Assembly: GCA_026025075.1 (NCBI GenBank)
Contig: JAPEUI010000040.1
Location: 111,520 to 131,519 of the forward strand
Length of the DNA: 20,000 nucleotides
Reading direction: 5' to 3'
Origin: Vezdaea acicularis
Lineage: Eukaryota
Position numbers and translations under genes: made by a program. This document shows positions 1 through 9,464 of this stretch, one piece after another; the first letter of the stretch is position 1; the number at the start of each line of letters is the position of its first letter. The notes beneath the pieces are model-generated. The model did not search any database, had not been told where the DNA came from, and was given only the letters and a program-made list of their open reading frames with translations.

Positions 1-1080
1 ATAATTGCCGTGCATGCTGCTCTATTTTGTGGCGCGCGGGCTGCATAAGGTGGTGTCAGACAGTGTCACACCGCTTCCGCACACTGGCTGCCGCAACTTG
101 TGGTGTCAGAGATCGACGAAGGTTGATTGATATGGAATCCAAATTCAACCACTACAACTGTCCAGCCAGTTCCATGGTCTCGAAAAGGCTTCGGCGAATC
201 CGCATTTGACCTACCCACCCACATGGAATGGGCAGCAACTACCCCAGCTCCGACGATAGGAGACCGCCGGACCAAAGGGAAGTTCCCGTTTCAATCGTGT
301 ATGTGCGCTTATCCTCCTTTCACATGAACCATCAACAAAGCTCGATTTGCAAAGGATTCCACTTGTCTCCCTTCGCCGACGGCTGCGTGAAATTATGAAG
401 CTGAAACAGCTCAGCCTGGCCGTCTATTCCAACGCCAATATTCGGGGGCCGCGTCACTCATTTCTTGGCCTCAGCGAAAGGACGCTCTTGGCAGTGAATC
501 CGGTCCGTGTAAGGATTCAGTAGCAGTGAGACCTTGCTAGATAGAGTTATGTTCGTCTTTAGCGATCGCTGGTAAGATGAAGGAAAAGGTGAGACCGTTT
601 AGATTTTCCGCTATCACAATTTTTGAACGAAGCTTGGCAGCAGATTTGTGATATTTTAGCTACAGGGGTCGTTCATCAGGTTGAGGCGGGATCGGAAGTC
701 TCTTTCCCGCTCCCGGAACTTTAAAATCTCTAAGCGCTTGGGGAAGGCATCTGGAGGAAGCAAACACTACCCAATGCCAGCGGAGTGCCCAACAAGCTCC
801 ATGCCTGTCAATATCGCAAACCCCAGTTTATAGCTCGTTCGCAGACCGATTTATATCACTAGCTGCGTATGCAGAACTTCTCCATCTCGCACCTTAAATG
901 CGACAGATGGGCATGTGGGCTGTTTGTGTCGTGAACGAAGCTTTGAAGCTGCAAGCATGAGCGGAAGTGGTCGGACAGCTTGGAGATACACTGCAGATCT
1001 TCCAAGTAGCGGGAAGAGACCATGAATGGCTTCATGGCGCCTTCAGCACAAGCATCTCTGCTTCATCCTGGGCCTTCTCC

Positions 1081-2124
1081 CTACGTATTTGTTCTAGACT
1101 CAGAAGGCCCTCCATCAAGCTCCCCCATCAGGTCTGTTAGGAATTTCTCGGCTTGCTTCTCACCCTTCTTTTCCCGAATCTTCTGCCGCCGCGCTTCAAT
1201 TTCCGCCTTCCGCTTATCTTTCCGCGCTTGCTGTTCATTTCGAACCCTCTCTGTCTCCAATCGCTCCCTCTCCAAAGCATCCATTTCCTGTTTCCGAGTC
1301 TCCTTATCTTTAGAGAAGGAGTAGAAACCCACCCCCTTGCTTCTGACTTCAGAATTGGCGTCATAATGTACCTCTGGAGGCGGTGTGGCCGATCGGTCGC
1401 GCTTACTCGCCAAAGTTTCCATCTTTGCTACAATTGGTTCATCGGGGTTGAATGCAGCAGCCTGTATTGTGTCTCCATATATGAGATTTGTTGGCTGCGA
1501 TGGCCTCGCCGTAAAGCGATCGGGTTCATCAGCAGCTTGCGCTTTCCTCTTCATCTCCTCTCGGAGAACTTGTGATCTGGTGCCTTGTCGTTGCCTCCCA
1601 AACTCATCAATATAGTCAACCGTCTCCTCCTCGCTGTCGGCTGCATCTTCTGATGACGTCTCGTTGTCACTTGCTTCTCCTCGCGCTTCGCTTTCTGCCC
1701 ATTTCCTATCGAAATCGACCAGATTGCGTTCATCTCGAGCGTCCTCTCCACCTGGCGCAACATAGTCCCCGCGCTTCATGGCTGCATAGAGTCGAGCCTT
1801 CTCCTCCATCTTCTTCCTCGATCTGTGTAAGACTGCATCGTCGACTTCAGGCAAAGAGCTGTGCTTAGAGCGTTTCAAGAAGATATCGCCGGGTTCTAAG
1901 TCTTTTGCGGCTCTCTTCTTCGCGTTCCGATTGTGGCTTGTAAAGATGTCCGTCTTGCCAGTTGGTCGTGTACGGCCTTTCGACGTCCGAGGAGTCGAGG
2001 TTTGGCTGTCGGACGCAAGGAGCGAAGAGAGTTGAGAAGTAAAGGCGAGGGAAGCGGAAGAGGATATGTCTTTAGCTGAGCTCTTTTGCCGAGGGATACC
2101 GTAGAGCGAAGAACTGCCGGACAT
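1081..2124 (-). CDS. CCDC174-like / DUF4078-family nuclear coiled-coil protein (347 aa, intronless)
   Basis: The track ORF 1081..2265 opens on a non-ATG codon; the first ATG is at 2124 (MSGSSSLYG). Recognised motifs: KMEEKARLYAAMKRG, LVDFDRKW, YIDEFGRQR and C-terminal HYDANSEVRSKGVGFYSFSKD..R..EM..LERER followed by a charged coiled coil. Confidence 0.8.
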   Translation of the reverse strand: MSGSSSLYGIPRQKSSAKDISSSASLAFTSQLSSLLASDSQTSTPRTSKGRTRPTGKTDIFTSHNRNAKKRAAKDLEPGDIFLKRSKHSSLPEVDDAVLHRSRKKMEEKARLYAAMKRGDYVAPGGEDARDERNLVDFDRKWAESEARGEASDNETSSEDAADSEEETVDYIDEFGRQRQGTRSQVLREEMKRKAQAADEPDRFTARPSQPTNLIYGDTIQAAAFNPDEPIVAKMETLASKRDRSATPPPEVHYDANSEVRSKGVGFYSFSKDKETRKQEMDALERERLETERVRNEQQARKDKRKAEIEARRQKIREKKGEKQAEKFLTDLMGELDGGPSESRTNT

Positions 2125-2519
2125 CTTGGAGTCTATTGATGCAAAAGGCGGGCACACCGCAAAGGTCGAGAGAAGTCGCGAAGGCGGTGGCAGAATTCCA
2201 AGCGAATGTGCATAAGCTTCAAAATACTGGCCAATGTTCCTAGCCTCCGACTCACGGACGTACAAGTGCTTAAATTTCTATAAATATGTGAAGGTACCTT
2301 CCGAATACTGTTAGAAATTTTCTAGACATCCTGCCAGACTTATTGTTGAAACGCACAAGCCCGTTGACTTCTGAAAAGGAGCTAGGACGGTTTTAGACGC
2401 CAGTGGTCACCACTAGCTATCAACATCCAGCTTTACCAAATACTGCACTAGACAAAAGCATTCAGGACCGCACTAAAAGCCACTAGAGGCTAAACTCTCT
2501 TCTTTTCAACTAACTCTAC
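2125..2519. promoter_or_regulatory. Short divergent intergenic/promoter region between the CCDC174-like gene and HOM6
   Basis: 395 bp between head-to-head ATGs. Contains TATAAATA at ~2279-2286 and a pyrimidine tract (ctctcttcttttc) just before the HOM6 ATG. Confidence 0.5.
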
Positions 2520-3852
2520 ATGGATCCATCACGGCGTGTTTTCATTGGAGTAACTGGTAAGGAACAAAACTGGTGACTCTCGCGTATAGCCTAATCCTTG
2601 TGGCTTATATAGGGACTGGCGGCGTTGGACGAGCCTTTATAGAGCAGCTTCGTGCACTGAACGTCCGCCGCTCTCAGCAATTTTATTCCTCACTTCAACT
2701 CTCTATCGTTCTTCTGGCAAGGAGATCCAAGATACTTTACTCGGAAGATTTTCGTACACTATCTCTAGACAACTGGGAAGCAGATCTGAATGCTTCACAT
2801 TCTAAACTTCTTTCTCTAACTGAACTCGAGGAATATCTTGCAAAAGTTCCTGGAAAGGCCATCTGGGTGGATAACACAAGTGACCAGAAGGTTGCAGAAG
2901 CCTACCCAGCATTCTTAAGAAGGGGCATAAGCATAGTAACCCCAAACAAGAAAGCCTTCTCGGGATCGTACGAACTGTGGCAAGATATCTTCGCAACTGC
3001 ATCGAAACTAGGATCTGGAAAAATCTTCCACGAGAGCTCTGTAGGTGCAGGGTTACCAGTAATTTCCACACTTAAAGAATTGGTTGAGACTGGCGATGAG
3101 ATCCATAAGATCGAAGGTGTCTTCTCGGGGACCATGAGCTTCCTGTTCAACAGCTTCGCACCAGTTGACGGGAAAGGTGGCAAGTTTAGTGACGAGGTTA
3201 AGAAAGCAAAGAGGTTAGGATATACGGTAAGTAGAGTCAGAAACGCTGCGTCTGTATTGTCACTAAGATCTTACAGGAACCAGACCCGAGAGATGATTTG
3301 AATGGCTTAGACGTTGCTAGGAAGCTCACTATTCTAGCACGTTTGTCCGGCCTGGTTGTCCAATCGCCCACGAGCTTCCCTGTACAGTCACTGATTCCAA
3401 AGCCTTTGGAGGATGCAAAAAGTGGAGAGGAGTTTCTCGAGAAGCTAGGAGATTATGACGAGGACATCGAAAAGCTCAAGCAAGAAGCAATTGCTGAAGG
3501 CAAGGTCGTCCGCTTCGTTGGTAGCATTGATGTGGCTATGAAGAGCGTAAAAGTTGGGCTTGAGAAGTGAGAACTCAGCATCAGCTAAGGCAAGGAAATC
3601 TACTAATATCGCCTTTTAGGTTTGACAAAACTCATCCAATCGCTGCATTGAAAGGTAGCGATAATATTATCAGCTTCTACACGAAAAGATACGGTGCTAA
3701 TCCACTGATCATACAAGGAGCAGGGTAAGTACTCCACGCTGCAGTATTACGACGCACGTATCCGCTCTAACATAGATGATAGAGCTGGGAGTGAAGTAAC
3801 GGCTATGGGAGTAACCGGAGATCTATTGAAAATCTTACAAAGCATGGAATAA
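2520..3852 (+). CDS. HOM6: Homoserine dehydrogenase (371 aa, 5 exons)
   Basis: Exons 2520-2556, 2613-3226, 3277-3566, 3620-3724 and 3783-3852, joined by GT-AG introns of 56/50/53/58 nt. The spliced product has the Rossmann motif [77 protein letters not shown] and LIIQGAGAGSEVTAMGV. Confidence 0.96.
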
Positions 3853-4223
3853 GGAATATTCTGCCCTGGCACTTTGCCCCTTTATGCGGCTCAAATGACA
3901 AGCCTATCATGTGCAGAGCAACGTGTTATTATGGACTTGAATCAAGAGTTCTGCATTTAAGAATACGATGAGATGTACTTTCAAGCTTAAAATGCCAGCG
4001 GTTTGTGCAAGAGATTCTTCCCAAAGTGATCAGGGCGCCGATGCAAACCGGACTTAAAAGTCTTGACATGGACTAGCGCAGTTTACTCGGATCGGCTAAC
4101 AGATCTAGATGCCTCGGCAAGAAATCCAACCAGGATCACTTGCATCACCATTAAAATGCCCGATAATCACATATCGACGAGTTCCACCGCATATTATTGT
4201 TATACAACAGCAATATTTCGAAA

Positions 4224-5824
4224 ATGGATACCTCCCCCACTGGCCTTATCAAAGCTCTAGTGTAAGTCGAAATCAATTCAAATCTATCTTAACTTAAGCT
4301 CACAAAAGTCTAGCCCTAAGATACCTCTAATTCTCAGTACTGCGCTATGGCATACACTCGGTCTCACGAGCACATCGTCGAAATGGGATTTACGAACAGA
4401 ACTTATGATCAAGATCCTTCGGTCCTTTTTGACCGGCGCTTCAACGCATTCACTAGGCCAACAGCAGGCCATGTCGATGCGTGATCACGCTATAAAAGGG
4501 CCGATGTGGATTTCAAAAACAACCTTGACAGCGAAGGACGCTGGTGAAAATAATCTCCTTGAAGCTCTCGAACAGGCAATAAACAGCCTAGATGATAGCG
4601 TCGGCAAAATACCAATACCGCCTCTCCGCAACCTAGAAGCGGAATGGACAGGCTACCGTACAGGAGTTGGGGGGCGCGAGCCCCAACCAGACATTACTGA
4701 AGACGAGAAGTACGACAGGTTGATGAAAGAAGTCACCAGCGACGTGACAATCCTCTACTTCCATGGCGGCGCCTACTAGTACGTTTCCCCACACTCGTTG
4801 GAACCCCTCAGTTAACATTCCCAACCTAAGCCTCATGGACCCTGCCTCTCACCGCCCTACTGTTTCTAACCTCGCTCGCCACTCTGGCGGCCGCGGCCTC
4901 TCCATCCGCTACCGTCTTGCCCCACAACACCCTTTCCCCGCCGCCCTGCTTGACTGCCTTTACGCCTACCTCAACCTACTCTATCCGCACCCGAGCTCGC
5001 GCATCCCCCCCACCCCAGCCCATCACATCGTCATAAGCGGCGACTCCGCTGGCGGCGGCCTCAGCATATCCCTCTTGCAACTCCTTCTCCAACTCCGCCG
5101 CCAATCGCCCACCCTCCTCTTCCGCGGGCAGCAGGTTGCACTCGAGCTCCCCGCAGGCGTGGCCGGTATGTCCCCCTGGCTTGACTTGACGCACTCCCTA
5201 CCCTCCAGCACGCAAAACGGACCGTACGACTACCTCCCGCCGCCCCACCTCGACCCTCTAAGTATCTACCCCCCAGATGACGTCTGGCCGACCCCCCAGC
5301 GCCGCCAGAGCATCTACGCCCCCAGCACACGCGCCATGCTCCATCCCCTCGCCTCGCCCGTCTGCGCCCGAGACTGGTCCGGCGCACCCCCCGTGCTCTT
5401 GCTAGCCGGCGAAGAGCGCCTGAGCGACGAGACCGCTTTCGTGGGGCGGCGCATCCGCGAGCAAGGCGGACGCTGCCGCGTCCAGCTGTTCGAGGCGATG
5501 CCGCATTGTTTCGCGCAGGTGCTTCCGTGGACGGACGGCGGGAAGAAGTGTTTTGGCACCTGGACCGCGTTCATGACCGCCGTCGTCCGCAAAGAGACCG
5601 TACCCACCGGTGCGAGCTTCGTCCTGGCGAAGAGCCTGCGCGAGAGTGAGGTCGCTCTGGAAGACTTCTATGATGGGTCCTTGGAGGATGTGATTAGTGG
5701 CATGCGGCGGCTGGTGGAGGAGGCGGAGAGGAGTATCGTGGGGAGTAGTGCTGGGTTGGAAGGGAAGACGGCTCCGGCGGAGATGGACGAGGGTACGGCG
5801 ATTGCGGTGACGGCGAAGCTGTAG
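4224..5824 (+). CDS. Hormone-sensitive-lipase-family alpha/beta hydrolase (Abhydrolase_3; Say1/steryl-acetyl-hydrolase-like esterase), 498 aa, 3 exons
   Basis: Exons 4224-4261, 4314-4778 and 4831-5824; introns gtaagt..tag and gtacgt..aag, both 52 nt. Motifs: oxyanion LYFHGGAYY, YRLAPQHPFPAALLD, nucleophile elbow GDSAGGGL, SPWLDLT, candidate acid GEERLSDE and His in FEAMPHCF. Substrate cannot be determined from sequence. Confidence 0.9.
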
Positions 5825-6237
5825 AGTGGAAGGAGGGCCGTAAGCATTTGTGGCGCGTCTGTTTGCCTTTGGATATTTAGTCCATCACGATCACGATTTA
5901 GATCACAGCATACACACATCCGTGTAGATACGATAATAAGAGGCATATATCTCGATGATGGTTTGTAGGTATGAACTATCGTTTGGCAATGCTATCTATC
6001 TACGATCATCTAAATAAGGAGTTGAGCCAGTAATCGCCATGTCGTATCGCAGTGCAATCGACCGTCTATCCTCTGGACGCAAGGAGAAAGAAGTGAAGAT
6101 CTACAGACGGGGGGCGGTCTATCGGGATCGAGTCAGGTCCAAATCATGGCTTCAGTCATATCGGGGGGTTATCGTGTGTCGTCTTAATCGTCTCATTCTC
6201 GCTCAGCGAGTCTTGTTCAATTGCCAAGTCATCCGAG

Positions 6238-7775
6238 TCATAGCTCCTTCCCCTTGATGGCGTACTTCCGGCGGAACATGTCGTCAACTTCTTTGAGGTA
6301 ATAGGTGCCCGCAACAATCGTGTCTGGCGAGCCTGACGGCTTATAGCTCTTCTGCAGGTGGGCTTTCTCGCGCAGGACGCACATCTCGTCGTAGACCTCC
6401 GGCGCCACGGTTCTCCGTGCGTCCAGTCTCGCGTGTAAGTTAATCTTATCGCTGATGGACTTCACGTCGCCAACGATCTTGAAGGAGAAGAAAGAGCTCG
6501 CAAGCCCACTGCCATAGCTAAAGATAGCGACTCGCCTGCCGGTCAGTGTCGTGGAAGGGACGTTTGTTAGGAGGGAGACGAGACTGCCATAAACGCTAGC
6601 GCAGTACATATTGCCGCACATGGTCGGGACCTGGACACTCGGCTTGACGCGTTCCTCGAAGCGCTTCTTGCTAAGGCCCATGAAGGTTTTCTCGATGGTG
6701 CGGTCAGAGAGAGAGGCTTCGTACTTGATATCACGTTGCTCGGCTGGTACACTAGCGAAGACGGGAGATGTAGGGTTGTTAAGGAAGTCATTATAAAGCA
6801 GCCTTGCGTAGGACTTGGCCACGAGCTTACAGGTCGGCGAGTGGAAGAGAACGTGATCGAAACGGTCAAGTGGTGTGGTCATCTCATCCTTCTCGTGGAC
6901 ACCATTAGTCGCTCCATTAGTCTTGGCGAGGGAGGCTTCACGCGCGTTATATGACTTGTAGCAGGCGTCGACGGCTTCTGTGTAGCATTTAACGGAGAAG
7001 TGACCGTCCACAATCGGATACTCGGAGGTCAGGTCTGGCTTGTAGAAATCGTAAGCATGTTGCATGTAGGTACCTCGGTGTCCCGGTTCGAAGACAATTG
7101 GCGCGTCTGGTCCGACAAGCATTGCAACGCAACCAGCTCCGCCAGTTGGACGAGCGGCGCCCTTCTTATAGAGAGCGATATCACCAGCTACAACTATAGC
7201 GTCACGACCATCCCAGGCAGACGATTCAACCCAGTTGATGCTGTTGAATAGGGCATTGGTGCCACCGTAGCATGCATTGACGGTGTCTACGCCCTCGATA
7301 TTGTTGTTTCCAGATGAAGAGAAGAGCTGCATGAGCACCGACTTTACCGATTTAGATTTGTCAAGAATTGTCTCAGTGCCAACCTCTAGACGGCCGATGC
7401 TCGTGGGATCGATGGAGTATTTGGAGAGGAGAGACGATACGGCAGTGAGGGCGAAAGAGTAGATGTCTATTATCAGCGTTAGCTGTGTCATAACAGCACA
7501 TAGGAACAGCTTTGCAAGAGTAATACCTTCACGGTCATCACAGAAGCTCATTTTGGTCTGGCCAAGGCCAATGGTGTACTTGCCCTGGCTAACGCCATCG
7601 AACTTCTCGAGCTCCGCCTGATCAACGCACTACAAGAGGTAAGCCAAGGCCCGAGAGAAGAAGGTTCAAGATAACGGCAGCGTTCTTGAAACCTATTCTT
7701 TGAATCTATGCTTACCTGACTTGGGAAATATATCTCAATGGCTTTGATGCCGATGTTTTGAGGGCGAGAAGCCAT
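6238..7775 (-). CDS. ERG13: Hydroxymethylglutaryl-CoA synthase (463 aa, 3 exons)
   Basis: Exons 7775-7716, 7629-7527 and 7466-6238; introns of 86 nt (gtaagc..tag) and 60 nt (gtatta..ctaac..tag). Product [44 protein letters not shown].., with GRLEVGTET, catalytic [31 protein letters not shown] and [10 protein letters not shown]. Confidence 0.98.
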
Positions 7776-8251
7776 GTTGGTACTCTTGGTAAGGGGAATA
7801 GCTTCAATGACGTTTGATCTTGCAGAAATTATGGCCCGGACTGCGAGCTAGATTGCTACCGGGTTTGCAGAACAAGAAGAGTGCTGAACTAATTATCAGA
7901 GAGGTTGTGTAACAACAGCAGAATGCAGACAATGATAAGTTTGTACAAGTCTCGGTACTATCAATGGTCGATTGGTGATCCTGCTATGGCACCTTTGACG
8001 GGGCTGATAATACTCGGAGAAGAGGACTTTTCAATTCCCACGAAGAGCAATAGATTTCAGATCCGAGCGGTGCAAAGAAAAAGCGTGCGAGCCATTGGGG
8101 CGTTGCAGCTTTTGAGCATCGTCCCAGCAATCTGTTGACGAATTCGGAGCTAAAAGCTAGCCCGGCTCCGGACCTTCTAAGCGATGCAGTACGCCATTCA
8201 CCAGCGCCCACCAGGGCCGATCACACCGCTTTGGCACCGCCAACGCCGTCA

Positions 8252-8262
8252 ATCATGCCACT
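8252..8262 (+). promoter_or_regulatory. Putative sterol regulatory element (SREBP/SrbA-type) upstream of ERG13
   Basis: ATCATGCCACT fits the fungal SREBP-type consensus as I recall it, RTCA(T/C/G)(C/G)CCACY, and lies ~480 bp upstream of the ERG13 ATG. Nearby are the related ATCACACCGC (8220-8229) and the E-box CCACGTGAT (8487-8495). Confidence 0.5.
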
Positions 8263-8605
8263 TCTCCGGCGACGCTCACGGTCCCTTCGGGCCAGCTTGC
8301 TGCCGTAGCATTGAGATGAGGTGGTCACTTTGTAGTGCAGCAGCAATATCAACCCAACAGCCTCGCACGGTCGCTCCCTCTCAGGGCTAGCCCTGCTCTC
8401 CTCGGAAGGCTAATGGGAGGATCTCAACGGCCTCCGTCCCCCCGGCCCCTCTCCTCGGCGAGAGGAGTCTGATATCATCCGGCTTACCACGTGATGTCCG
8501 CGATACGACACGCACATGATACGGTGCTCTTGCTGATAGCGTTTATGCTGTGCACTGCAAATATCTCGTATGGTCTTGTGCGATGAAGCAAGTAACATCC
8601 CAAGT

Positions 8606-8620
8606 GAGAGAGAGAGAGAG
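8606..8620 (+). repeat. (GA)7 microsatellite
   Basis: gagagagagagagag read directly in the ERG13 / membrane-protein divergent intergenic region. Confidence 0.8.
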
Positions 8621-9464
8621 GGGTGGCCTTAGGGATTTCCGTCGAGGGAGTGCCAATGGCGTGACCGCGCGCAGGCCTGATCCTTTGGAACTGTATTTCG
8701 ATGTGCTCTACGGAGGTTCATGTTGACTTCCGGGTTATGAGGATGAGGATGCCGTTATCGTGCCTACGGTTTGCATGGCCAGTTGGCATAGCAGAGAAGA
8801 AGCTTATGCTTCTGCGATCGCCATTGCAAGCTTCTGAAAGGGTTGCCCATATGTCCTGGACCTAGAACGCAGATGCGTAGGAGAAGACGAGCAAGGGCCA
8901 TGCGACGGACCGTCCGCGCAGTGAAACCGTTCGATGTTCATCAGAGGCCCTCACGATGACAATATGTGACGAATCCTTGGGTTTCACACGGGGGGAGTAT
9001 CGGCTGCTGCCCTTCTCCAGATTCTCATGGTTGGTCCAGTCTTGGCGCGAACCGCAGTGCGAGCAGCGCAGCAGGGGAGGAGCAAGGGAGGGGCAGGGGA
9101 GTAGGGCGGTTTCGAATTGCCCGTAGCCGCCGTCCGCTCGTTCGTCTCGTAGGTCCGCCGGTGCTGTGGCCCAACGGCGGCCGCAATCTGCCACAATGGC
9201 AGTGCCAAGAATGGCGCTCCGCCGGGTTCTGCTAGTCTCCTCGTGCCTTAATCCCTCGTTTCTCTCTGTCCGACGACCTCACCACTCTCCCTGATTGCAT
9301 CCGCTTCAACTACCTCCGCTCGCTCGGCCTCATCTCCGCCATCGGAAATCGGATGAAAATCCTCTGTGCCATCGTTTGCATCGTCTCCATCGCGACAAGG
9401 CCATCCTTGGCCCACAACTGCATGCATTGGGGGAGCGAAGAGGACAGCGCGACACTCCCCAAAC

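Noticed and set aside
1..1080. Short ORFs in the first kilobase
   Set aside because: All 100 aa or less, with no motifs and no consistent exon chain found; treated as intergenic.
2125..2265. 47-aa N-terminal extension of the CCDC174-like ORF in the ORF track
   Set aside because: Starts at a non-ATG codon. In this eukaryotic context the ATG at 2124 is the plausible start.
2573..3570. HOM6 apparently split into two ORFs, suggesting a pseudogene or frameshift
   Set aside because: Four canonical introns restore a complete 371-aa reading frame.
5884..5906. ATCACG-ATCACG-ATTTAG-ATCAC short tandem repeat between convergent genes
   Set aside because: Short, degenerate 3'-region repeat with no supportable function.
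4224..7775. HMG-CoA synthase plus hydrolase as part of a polyketide beta-branching or self-resistance cluster
   Set aside because: The enzyme looks like the canonical housekeeping ERG13, flanked by housekeeping genes, and no PKS, NRPS, terpene cyclase or cluster regulator is in the window.
7776..9352. Multiple 60-110 aa ORFs in the 1.7-kb ERG13 upstream region, and a possible riboswitch or ncRNA
   Set aside because: No coding signature. I could not recognise TPP-riboswitch, snoRNA, tRNA or snRNA consensus elements by eye; an Rfam scan would be needed to exclude them.
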